From assembly GCA_043809315.1 (NCBI GenBank), contig JAZDDX010000009.1, forward strand, positions 1 through 64,000: a DNA stretch of 64,000 nucleotides. The letters are read 5' to 3'. Source of the DNA: Pseudomonadota bacterium. Lineage in GTDB: Bacteria; Bdellovibrionota_G; JALEGL01; DATDPG01. A program made the position numbers and the translations under genes. Position 1 is the first letter of the stretch. The number at the start of each line of letters is the position of its first letter. The notes under the pieces were generated by a model, which saw only the letters and a list, made by a program, of their open reading frames with translations, was not told where the DNA came from and did not search any database. Below, piece after piece: positions 29,743 to 38,489 of the stretch.

Positions 29743-31554
29743 ATGTCGAAGATTATCGGAATCGATTTGGGCACGATGAACTCCTGCGTCGCCGTCATGG
29801 AACGCGGGGAGCCGGTCGTGATCCCGAACGCGGAGGGGTCCCGGACCACCCCCTCGATGGTCGCGTTCAACGACCGGGCCGAACGTCTGGTCGGCCAGGT
29901 GGCGAAACGGCAGGCGATCACCAACTCCGATCGGACCTTCTATGCGATCAAACGCCTGATCGGGCGGAAGTTCGACTCCCCGGAAGTGCAAAAATCGATC
30001 GAGCTTTGCGCGTTCAAGATCGTCCCCTCGAAGAACAACGACGCCTGGCTCACCTACAACGACAAGATGCTGAGCCCCCCCGAAGTCTCCGCCATGGTTC
30101 TTCAGAAGATGCGGGAAACGGCGGAGGAATACCTGGGGGAGGAGGTGACCGACGCCGTCATCACCTGTCCGGCTTACTTCGACGACAGCCAACGCCAGGC
30201 GACCAAAGACGCCGGGAAGATCGCGGGCTTGAACGTCCTCCGGATCATCAACGAGCCGACGGCGGCCGCCCTGGCATACGGCCTCGATAAGAAGAAGAGC
30301 GGAACCGTCGTCGTCTTCGATCTGGGAGGGGGCACGTTCGACGTCTCCGTCCTCGAGATCTCGGACGAAGTGTTCAACGTCAAAGCGACCTGCGGCGACA
30401 CCTTCCTCGGGGGGGAGGATTTCGACATGCGGATCGTCGACTGGCTGGTCGAGGGGTTTCAGAAAGATCCCGGGGTCGACCTCCGGAAAGATCGGATGGC
30501 GCTCCAGCGGCTCAAAGAAGCAGCGGAGAAAGCGAAGCACGAACTCTCTTCCTCTCTCGAGACCGACATCAACCTGCCGTTCATCGCGGCCGACGCCTCC
30601 GGACCCAAACACCTGAACGTCAAGCTCTCACGATCTCAATTCGAGCTCCTGATAGAGGACCTGATCGGGCGGCTGACCCCTCCCTGCATGACGGCTCTCA
30701 AGGATGCGGCTCTTTCAACCGACCAGATCGACGACGTGATCTTGGTCGGGGGGATGACGCGGATGCCGAAGGTCGCCGAAGCGGCGCGACAGATCTTCAA
30801 GAAAGATTCTCACGCTGAGGTCAACCCCGACGAGGTGGTCGCCATCGGTGCCGCGATCCAAGGGGGGATCCTCAAGGGGGAGGTGGATGACGTCCTCCTT
30901 CTCGATGTCACCCCGCTCTCGCTCGGGGTCGAGACCCAAGGGGGGGTTTTCACGAAGCTGATCGAAAAGAACACGACGATCCCGACCCGAAAGAGCCAGA
31001 CCTTCTCGACGACACTCGACAACCAGAACATGGTCCGTGTGCATGTCCTCCAGGGGGAGCGCGAGCTGGCGGCGGACAACAAGTCCCTGGCGGTCTTCGA
31101 GCTGATCGGGATCCCCCCCGCTCCCCGCGGCGTCCCGCAGATCGAGGTCACGTTCGAGATCGATTCGAACGGGATTGTCTCGGCTGCCGCCAAGGATCTC
31201 GCCACAACGCGCCAACAGAGCATCAAGATCAATCCGGCGAGCGGCCTGACCGAGGTAGAGATCGGAAGAATCATCGACGAGGCCCACCAGCACGCTGCCG
31301 ACGATGAGCGGGTAAAGCTGGTCGTCGAAACGCGCAACGAGCTGGAGGGGCTCCTCTATTCCGCGGAAAAATCGTTGCAGTACCTTGCAGACCGCCTGAA
31401 CGCGGACGAGAAGAAAAAACTCGAAGAGGCGCTCCAAACGGCACGGAAAGCGGCAAAGGGGGAGGATCTCCAGCTGATCAAGGACGCCCTGCACGGGTTG
31501 AACGAGGTCACGCACAAGATCGCCGAGATGCTCTACAGTGGCACGTCCTCCTAG
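29743..31554 (+). CDS. dnaK: Hsp70 chaperone DnaK (short, lacking the acidic C-terminal tail)
   Basis: [53 protein letters not shown] and [11 protein letters not shown]. Confidence 0.96.
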   Translation: MSKIIGIDLGTMNSCVAVMERGEPVVIPNAEGSRTTPSMVAFNDRAERLVGQVAKRQAITNSDRTFYAIKRLIGRKFDSPEVQKSIELCAFKIVPSKNNDAWLTYNDKMLSPPEVSAMVLQKMRETAEEYLGEEVTDAVITCPAYFDDSQRQATKDAGKIAGLNVLRIINEPTAAALAYGLDKKKSGTVVVFDLGGGTFDVSVLEISDEVFNVKATCGDTFLGGEDFDMRIVDWLVEGFQKDPGVDLRKDRMALQRLKEAAEKAKHELSSSLETDINLPFIAADASGPKHLNVKLSRSQFELLIEDLIGRLTPPCMTALKDAALSTDQIDDVILVGGMTRMPKVAEAARQIFKKDSHAEVNPDEVVAIGAAIQGGILKGEVDDVLLLDVTPLSLGVETQGGVFTKLIEKNTTIPTRKSQTFSTTLDNQNMVRVHVLQGERELAADNKSLAVFELIGIPPAPRGVPQIEVTFEIDSNGIVSAAAKDLATTRQQSIKINPASGLTEVEIGRIIDEAHQHAADDERVKLVVETRNELEGLLYSAEKSLQYLADRLNADEKKKLEEALQTARKAAKGEDLQLIKDALHGLNEVTHKIAEMLYSGTSS

Positions 31555-33526
31555 ACTCCTCGCTCCCCTCCTCTTGTTTTTATCCGCACAGCTCCTGTCG
31601 TGTGCCGGTACCCCCATGGTGATCCGGAACGGGATCGAAATGCCGGTCGAGAAGGCCGCGCGCCTCGATTACAACGAAGGGGAATCGCTGTTCGCACGAA
31701 AGCGGTACAAGACCGCGAGCGCCCGATATCGGAACATCGTGCACGCGATGCCGATGTCGGAGTTGGCGGACAACGCCATGTTCCGGTTGGCCCAGATTTT
31801 CCGGATCCAGAAGGACTCCCGAAACGCGATCCAGATGCTCGAGGCGTTGTTGGCGAAATACCCCGCGAGTGACGTCATGATCCCGGCGAAAGAGGAACTC
31901 GGCCGCCATCTCTACGCGCAGAAGAATTACCCCCGCGCCGCCGAGATCTTCGCCGCGATCCCCTGGAAAGAGATCCTTCCCTCCGCCCGGCCGGGATTCG
32001 AGAAGATGTTCCGTTCCGCGTTCGATGAGGCCCACGCAACCCGAGCGAAGATGAACTGGCTGATTTCGATGTTCGATCTGACCAAAGACCCGCCCCGGGC
32101 TTCGGCCCTCCGTTCCGAGATTATCGACATGATCGACCGGACGACCGATCGGTCCGATCTCGAAGAGATCTTCCGGAACCGGAGCCCCGAGTTCCCGGCC
32201 TCCTACGCCTGCATGAAGCTCGCCAAGAGCGCGGCGCAGGCGGGCAACCTTTCCGAGGCGAAGGAGCAGGTCGCGACCTTCCTTAAGCTTTTCCCCAACG
32301 ACGAGAACGCCCGCGAAGCGGCCGTTCTCGCTCAATCGTTGGAGCGCGCCGGCGAGGTCGATCTGATTTCGGTCGGTCTGCTCCTGCCGCTTTCCGGACC
32401 GAACTCGGTCTATGCCTCGCAAGTCCTTCATGGCGTGGCTCTCGCCGTCGATCTCTTCGGTCCCAAACGGCCGGAAACGCCGGTCGTCACGATCGAGATC
32501 GAGGATGTCGGGGATACGCCGGAGAAGGCCGCGGCGGCGGTCGACCGACTGGCGCGCGAAAAGAGAATCATCGCCGCGATCGGCCCGCTCTTCTTGAAGG
32601 AAACCCAGGCCGCAGCGGCGGCGGCGCTTCCCTATGAACTTCCGATCGTTTCCTTGAGCACGGCGGAGGGGGTTCCGGAGATCGGGCGAAATGTCTTCCG
32701 GAACAGCCTGACCAAGTCGGAACAGGCGACCGGGTTGGCTCGCCTGGCGTTCGAAACTCTCGGGATCCGTCGGGGGGCGATTCTGTACCCCCAGAACAGT
32801 TACGGTACGGAGTTCATGACGCTCTTCTGGACCGAGTTCACGAAGCTCGGAGGGGAGATCCGCGGCGCAGAGGGGTACGATCCCGAAGCGGGGGATTTCG
32901 GCCCGCCGATCAAACGGCTCGTGGGGCTCTCTCCCATCGAACTGCGTTCGGGCCAACTCTGTTCCGAGGACGAGACGAACCGGCGCCTCAAGCTCCTCGC
33001 CGCCGGGGAAGAAGCCGCGCTCTGTTACTCGGCGGCCAAACTGCCGCCGATCGTCGACTTCGAGGCTCTCTTCATCCCGGACGGAGTCGAGAAGGTGACG
33101 CAGATCGTTCCCGCTCTCTCCTTCTACGACGCCCGGGGGATCCAGGTTCTGGGGAACAACCTCCTCGACACGTCCGAGCTGTTTCGCGCACGCGCCGGAG
33201 AGGCGATGCAGGGGACTCTCTTCCTGGACGGGTTCACGAAGAACCGGAACTCGCCCCAGGTCTCGCAATTCGTGCAGAGATTTTACGCTACGTTCGGAAC
33301 CGAACCCGGGGCTCTCGAGGCTCAGGCATTCGACACCGCCTCGATCCTTCTCGATCTGATCGCTCGAAGTCGTCCGGCGAGTCGCGCCGCCTTCGCGCAG
33401 GCCTTGAGCTCCGTCAACAATTTCCCCGGTGTCTCGGGAGAGACTTCCTTCTCCGGAGGCCGGGATGCCCGCCACCGATTGACCGTTCTCACGGTGGACG
33501 GCGAACAGATCGTCGAGTTGAAGTAG
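31538..33526 (+). CDS. LpoA-like lipoprotein (TPR N-terminus plus periplasmic-binding-protein type I domain); putative PBP activator
   Basis: Lipobox LLSC; TPR/BamD-like helices; [36 protein letters not shown] and FPGVSGET. Confidence 0.8.
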   Translation: MARPPRLLAPLLLFLSAQLLSCAGTPMVIRNGIEMPVEKAARLDYNEGESLFARKRYKTASARYRNIVHAMPMSELADNAMFRLAQIFRIQKDSRNAIQMLEALLAKYPASDVMIPAKEELGRHLYAQKNYPRAAEIFAAIPWKEILPSARPGFEKMFRSAFDEAHATRAKMNWLISMFDLTKDPPRASALRSEIIDMIDRTTDRSDLEEIFRNRSPEFPASYACMKLAKSAAQAGNLSEAKEQVATFLKLFPNDENAREAAVLAQSLERAGEVDLISVGLLLPLSGPNSVYASQVLHGVALAVDLFGPKRPETPVVTIEIEDVGDTPEKAAAAVDRLAREKRIIAAIGPLFLKETQAAAAAALPYELPIVSLSTAEGVPEIGRNVFRNSLTKSEQATGLARLAFETLGIRRGAILYPQNSYGTEFMTLFWTEFTKLGGEIRGAEGYDPEAGDFGPPIKRLVGLSPIELRSGQLCSEDETNRRLKLLAAGEEAALCYSAAKLPPIVDFEALFIPDGVEKVTQIVPALSFYDARGIQVLGNNLLDTSELFRARAGEAMQGTLFLDGFTKNRNSPQVSQFVQRFYATFGTEPGALEAQAFDTASILLDLIARSRPASRAAFAQALSSVNNFPGVSGETSFSGGRDARHRLTVLTVDGEQIVELK

Positions 33527-33529
33527 CGA

Positions 33530-34681
33530 TCAGGATCGGACCGGTTCCGACTCCGCCATGTCGGGTTGAAAGACCCGGACGAGAACTTCCGCGGCGAGAG
33601 CGCCCGTCGGATCGAGCGCCACGAGGTTCAGCTCGTTGTTCATCCGGAGCGAGAACGACTCGAAGTTCGCGGAACCGATCGTGACCAGGAGATCATCGAC
33701 CAGCATCAGTTTCGCGTGCGTCATGCGGGGGTAGAGATAGATCTCCACTCCATGCTTCAAGAGGAGCGGAGCCCACTTTCGGAGAAGGCGGTCGACCGAG
33801 GAGTGATTGCTTTTCGCGGGGGCCACGATTTGAACGGTCTCGACCCCGCGTTTTTTCGCCTCGATCAGCTGCTCGAAAATCCGCCGGTGACCGACATAGC
33901 CGTTCTCGATCCGGATCGACGTCCGCGCCGCCCCGATCGCTTCGAGCAGGAAATCGGTCAGTTCGAAGCGTCCTTGCCGCGGGACGTTCGTCAGGAGCCC
34001 TGCCGTCACTTCGATCCCCGCCGACGAACGATCGTTCGAGTCCGTCACGCGGGCGGGAATCGGCTCCTGCCCCGACCAACGGAACACTTCGTTGAACTGA
34101 TCCAAACCATCCGCCACGATCGGCCCGGTCACGGCCGCGCAGATCTCGTGCCAGACGGAATTGTGTTCCGTCGGATTGAACCCGCCGACAAAGAGAAACT
34201 CATCGTCGACCACCAATGACTTGGAGTGGTTTCGATTCAGGAGATACTTCCATCCGTACCGAAAGAGGCCGACCCCCGCCCCCTCCATCGCACGCAACAG
34301 TTCCTGCGTATCTCTTCTCTCGCGCGTCACTTCGGCCGGACGTCCGACGGGAAAGAAGCTCCAGCGTCCGTTCGTTCGCAGGAACAGCTCGACCGAATCG
34401 AGGATGACGTTCGTGGTGACACCCCGTTTTGCGGCATCGATCAGTGCGCTTCCGAACGGGATCCCTCCCGCATCCGCTTCGATTCCAAAAAACTGATACG
34501 CAACCGACCGACGGCTTCCCGAGATCGACGCGAGCATTCGCGGGATGAATTCCTTGGCACCCGCAAGAATCTCGATACGATTCCCGGCGGACCAACGTGT
34601 CCGAAATCTCCCTTCCCGGGCCCTAAGCCACCCCTCCCAATCGGAGAACCGGGCGGCCGGAACCGGATCATTCCCAGGCAT
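33530..34681 (-). CDS. Phospholipase D superfamily protein (cardiolipin synthase-like, no N-terminal TM)
   Basis: Two HKD motifs: NHSKSLVVDD..GGFN and THAKLMLVDD..IGSAN. Confidence 0.9.
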   Translation of the reverse strand: MPGNDPVPAARFSDWEGWLRAREGRFRTRWSAGNRIEILAGAKEFIPRMLASISGSRRSVAYQFFGIEADAGGIPFGSALIDAAKRGVTTNVILDSVELFLRTNGRWSFFPVGRPAEVTRERRDTQELLRAMEGAGVGLFRYGWKYLLNRNHSKSLVVDDEFLFVGGFNPTEHNSVWHEICAAVTGPIVADGLDQFNEVFRWSGQEPIPARVTDSNDRSSAGIEVTAGLLTNVPRQGRFELTDFLLEAIGAARTSIRIENGYVGHRRIFEQLIEAKKRGVETVQIVAPAKSNHSSVDRLLRKWAPLLLKHGVEIYLYPRMTHAKLMLVDDLLVTIGSANFESFSLRMNNELNLVALDPTGALAAEVLVRVFQPDMAESEPVRS

Positions 34682-34683
34682 GT

Positions 34684-35427
34684 TCAGAAAGCGGGCTCCT
34701 CCTCAGCGGCGGTATCCAGCTTCTTCTGCATCCTCTTGATCAGGTCGTTCCACCCGTACTTCAAGATGATGCTGTTGAACTGGCTCTGGTAATTCTGGAT
34801 CAGGTCGACGTTGTCGAGGATGATGTTGTAGATCATCCATTTCCCGTCCTTCTTGTGGAGCTGGTACGAGATGTCGACGTCGGCATCGCTCCGGGCCACG
34901 CGGCAGGTCACTTTGGCGCGGTCCCCGGCGGTTTCTTCGCCGGTAAAGGTGAGCTCATAGTTCCCGACCAGATCGCGGGACCTTCGGATGTAGGAGTCTT
35001 CCACCAATTCGATGAAGAGCGAGGAGTACTCCTGTTGTTGCGCCCAAGTCACCGTCTTCCAGTGCCGCCCGAGACTCAACCGGGCGAGCATCGGGAAATC
35101 GAAGAACTCGCGGACTTTCGTCTGGACCTTTTTCTCCCTGTCCTCGTCCCGGATCCCCTTCTGCTTCCGCTCGTTCAATCCCACCATCTCGCGCAGTTCA
35201 GCGGTGTAGACCTGGATCACCGCAAGCGGCGATCCCTCTCCGGTTTTAGCAACGGTCGGCTGAACCGGTTGCGCGGTCGGGGCTTGGGTTGCCGTCGCAG
35301 GAGTTGGTGTCGGTGCCTTCTGTCCCGCAGCCGGTGCCGGAGCCGCCACCGATTGTACAACCTTCGCTCCACAGCCGGCGACCAGCGCCAAAGCGGCAAA
35401 AGCCGCGAGAATGGTACCAAATTTCAT
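34684..35427 (-). CDS. MlaC/Ttg2D family phospholipid-binding protein carrying a lipoprotein signal
   Basis: FDFPMLARLSLGRHWK and WMIYNIILDNVDLIQNYQSQF; lipobox LVAGC followed by a Pro/Ala/Thr linker. Start at 35427 overlaps the upstream stop. Confidence 0.88.
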   Translation of the reverse strand: MKFGTILAAFAALALVAGCGAKVVQSVAAPAPAAGQKAPTPTPATATQAPTAQPVQPTVAKTGEGSPLAVIQVYTAELREMVGLNERKQKGIRDEDREKKVQTKVREFFDFPMLARLSLGRHWKTVTWAQQQEYSSLFIELVEDSYIRRSRDLVGNYELTFTGEETAGDRAKVTCRVARSDADVDISYQLHKKDGKWMIYNIILDNVDLIQNYQSQFNSIILKYGWNDLIKRMQKKLDTAAEEEPAF

Positions 35428-36134
35428 CGTCTCTCCTCTTCTTTGAGATGTCGCAGCGAGTGCTGAATCCGGCGGAACGCCGTCCAGTTCGTCGAAACCG
35501 CCAGCACCAGGATCACGAAAATCAAGATGTGTTGCGGCGGCGGGTTTCCGTGCCCGTACAACGACATCGGCATGAGCGAAATCTGGAACAGGGAACTCAC
35601 GATCGACCCGAACCCCAGAAGAAAGAACCGCTCCGGTCGCTGCATCGTCCCCACCTTCGAAAGATCGATCCCCATCGTGTCTGCTTTCGCCCGGACGTAC
35701 GGGACGAACATCGTCCCGCCGAGCGCCAGAAGGACCATGTAAAGGAGCCAGCTGTCGCGGTAGAATACGGCCAGCCCCGCGAACGACAGGAAGTCCTGAT
35801 ACCGGTCCATCACGGAATCGAGAAAGGCCCCTTGGTGGGTGACTCGGTTCGAGGCGCGGGCCACCCGGCCGTCCAGAACGTCGAGACTCCCGACCAACAG
35901 GACGAGCCACCCCGCCGTGAGAATGTGCCCTCCCGCAAAGCGCACGAAGATGAGAACGCAGAGGGCGGTGGCGGCCAGCGTGATGTGGTTCGGGAGGATC
36001 CGCCGCTCGATGCAGAACCGCTCCAGCGGTCCCATCACCCGGTGGATCCACCACGATTTGATCTCCGAATGCAGAAGGTTCGAGTCGCGTTCGATCCGCT
36101 CGGTTGGCTCCTCGGGAACGTTGTCAGTACGCAA
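35424..36134 (-). CDS. CDP-alcohol phosphatidyltransferase (PIP-synthase-like)
   Basis: PNHIT; signature DVLDGRVAR-x8-GAFLDSVMDR; YVRAKA...QRPER. Confidence 0.9.
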   Translation of the reverse strand: MRTDNVPEEPTERIERDSNLLHSEIKSWWIHRVMGPLERFCIERRILPNHITLAATALCVLIFVRFAGGHILTAGWLVLLVGSLDVLDGRVARASNRVTHQGAFLDSVMDRYQDFLSFAGLAVFYRDSWLLYMVLLALGGTMFVPYVRAKADTMGIDLSKVGTMQRPERFFLLGFGSIVSSLFQISLMPMSLYGHGNPPPQHILIFVILVLAVSTNWTAFRRIQHSLRHLKEEERR

Positions 36135-37509
36135 GGTCGGTCACTTCCTCTCCGAGAGCGCGGCTCAAATCGGCCACCGCCGCCAGATAGTCGTGAATGA
36201 CATCGTAATATCCAGCTTTCACCTTGGAATAGGCCACGAACGCCTCCAGCAGGTCTTTGACCGGAACCAGACCGACCCCGAAGTTGAGGGTGGTAGCCAT
36301 GACCCAGCTTCGTCCCGCCTTGAACGCGTTTTCGCCGCTCTTGACCCCTTCCCGTTTCGACACCACGTCGGAGTACGCCTTTCGGATCTGAAGCTCGATC
36401 CCCTGCATCGCCAACCGCTGTTGCGCCAGGGTCGCATGGTAATCGGCGCGGGCTTGATCGGTGCGGCTAGAGGTCAGATGAAAGCCGAGTTTCTGCTCGA
36501 GCCCGAACGCCAGGCCGCCCGAGCTGTAGTTGAAACTGTCCACCAGGAACGGGTTGTCGACCTTCTGTCGTCCGGGAGCGATCCCGTATCCGTAGAACCC
36601 CCCGAGGAAGAAGGTCGGAAGGAACTCTGCCTTTTGGGAGTTCAAAATGGAGCGTTTGATCGCCACCGCTTCGGTCAATTGGTGAACCTCCGGTCGTGAG
36701 GTCCGCGCGCGGTCGAGATAATAGTCGACCGGCTTCAGCTCCACGTTCCGGAACCGGATCATCCGGTCGGCGATATCGATCGGGGTCGTGGAAGGGATTC
36801 CGGTCAGAATCCTAAGAGCGCTCAACCCGAGATCGATCCCGCCGTTCAGTTCCGACAGCCGCCGTCCGGTCTCCCCCTGGAAGACATCGAGACGCATCTG
36901 ATCGATCGACGTGACATCGGCGGAGCGGTGTTTCAGCTGGTCGATGACCCGTTCCCGCGCCTTCTGCGAGCGGTCCTGCAACTCGAGGAGGAACTCTTTC
37001 AGGGAGTAAAGATACGAAAGACCGAGATACACCCCTTTGGTCTTCCGGATCAGCTCGTTTCGAACCACCCGTTCCTGGTCTTTTTTCGCTTGGACTCCGT
37101 GACGTGCCGCCTCTTTGAGGTTCGACAACTTCCCGAACGTGAAGAGCGGCTGGACCGCCTCGATGCGGAGCTGAAAGAATGGACCGAGTTCACTCAGCTG
37201 CGTATCGACGTTGGGGAAGTTGGGAGGGCCGGAACCGTTCGGCAGGTCGGGAACCGGTCCCCCGAGGGCTCTGAACTTGATCTCCGGAAGAAAATAAGCG
37301 CTCTTCGCTTCCCCCAATTTTCCCTCGACCACCTCACGCTCGAACTCCGCGGCCTCCATGCCCGGCGAGTTCGCCAACGCCTTCTGGATGCAGTCCGAAA
37401 GGGTCAGGACCACCGGCGTCGGCAAGGCCTCCGGCGTCTGCGCACCCACAGGCACGGCAACCGCCCAAACGACCGCTACGGCGAGGATCTCACGAATCCG
37501 TCGTTTCAT
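36124..37509 (-). CDS. TolC family outer-membrane efflux protein
   Basis: Signal peptide; LTLSDCIQKALANSP, QPLFTFG, RPEV and AEFLPT; two OEP repeats. Confidence 0.9.
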   Translation of the reverse strand: MKRRIREILAVAVVWAVAVPVGAQTPEALPTPVVLTLSDCIQKALANSPGMEAAEFEREVVEGKLGEAKSAYFLPEIKFRALGGPVPDLPNGSGPPNFPNVDTQLSELGPFFQLRIEAVQPLFTFGKLSNLKEAARHGVQAKKDQERVVRNELIRKTKGVYLGLSYLYSLKEFLLELQDRSQKARERVIDQLKHRSADVTSIDQMRLDVFQGETGRRLSELNGGIDLGLSALRILTGIPSTTPIDIADRMIRFRNVELKPVDYYLDRARTSRPEVHQLTEAVAIKRSILNSQKAEFLPTFFLGGFYGYGIAPGRQKVDNPFLVDSFNYSSGGLAFGLEQKLGFHLTSSRTDQARADYHATLAQQRLAMQGIELQIRKAYSDVVSKREGVKSGENAFKAGRSWVMATTLNFGVGLVPVKDLLEAFVAYSKVKAGYYDVIHDYLAAVADLSRALGEEVTDLAY

Positions 37510-37599
37510 AAGTCGAAGTTTGGGTTTCTAGTGTGAACTGCCGAAAAAATCAATGAATCAGCCTCCTTTTACGCCCGGGCTCATTTGAGGTAACAAGGG

Positions 37600-38481
37600 T
37601 TGGTCGTGCCCGCCCAGAGTGAGATCCGACTCACGTTCCGACGACGGATTTCCCGTAGCGTGGTGTATCCCATCTTTGGGCTTTTTCTGTCGCTCTCTGC
37701 ACCGATCGGATGGCTCATCTACCGAGTCGGCTGGAGCCATTTCAAGCATCCATTCGAGGCGCTGGATCGGGTTTACGAGGAGTTGGTGAACAACTCCGCG
37801 ATCTTCGCGTTTCTCTCCATCCTCGCGATCCTCGTTCTGGCCGCGTTCGGTTATCTTCTGGGACGGGCGGAGGACAGCTTGTACGCCCATTACCGCCGCT
37901 CCTTAAGCCAGCGCCGACTCCTGGGAATCAAGAACCGGCAGCTGGCCCGTCTGTCGATCACCGACCGACTGACCGGCCTTGCCAACCGGGCCCGTCTGAT
38001 GGAGGTCTTGACGCTCGAATACCGAAGGGCACGCCGGTACAGCCTCGATCTCTGCGTCCTTCTGATCGACATCGATCATTTCAAGGCGATTAACGATGCA
38101 AGCGGCCATCTCTTCGGTGACTTCATTCTGTCGGAACTGGGACAACTATTCGCTGGGAACCTTCGCGACTCCGATTACGTCGCCCGAACCGGAGGGGAGG
38201 AGTTCGGCTTCGTCCTGACGCTCACAAACATCGACGATGCCTTGCGGTTTGCGGAACGGCTTCGCGACACCGTGGCCCATCATCGCTTCGAACATGACGG
38301 GGCACGAACCGAAGTGACGGTGAGCGGCGGGGTCGCATCGATCAACGATCTCGTCCGCGAAGAAGAGCTGACGGTCGATCGGGGGCTCCAGCTCCTGGCA
38401 CGAGCCGACGAGGCTCTCTACGAGGCGAAACGGCTCGGGCGAAATCGGATCGTCCGCTGGAATCCGGGGACACACGACTGA
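37600..38481 (+). CDS. Membrane-anchored diguanylate cyclase (2 TM + GGDEF)
   Basis: Two TM helices; TDRLTGLANR, DIDHFK, RDSD I-site, RTGGEEF and ADEALYEAK..GRN. Confidence 0.92.
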   Translation: MVVPAQSEIRLTFRRRISRSVVYPIFGLFLSLSAPIGWLIYRVGWSHFKHPFEALDRVYEELVNNSAIFAFLSILAILVLAAFGYLLGRAEDSLYAHYRRSLSQRRLLGIKNRQLARLSITDRLTGLANRARLMEVLTLEYRRARRYSLDLCVLLIDIDHFKAINDASGHLFGDFILSELGQLFAGNLRDSDYVARTGGEEFGFVLTLTNIDDALRFAERLRDTVAHHRFEHDGARTEVTVSGGVASINDLVREEELTVDRGLQLLARADEALYEAKRLGRNRIVRWNPGTHD

Positions 38482-38489
38482 ACCCGATC

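Noticed and set aside
31580-33475. 631-aa antisense ORF and similar long shadow ORFs (e.g. 16215-17684, 43442-44917, 57395-58645)
   Set aside because: They lie opposite well-supported genes and show no recognisable motifs, as expected from codon bias in high-GC genomes.
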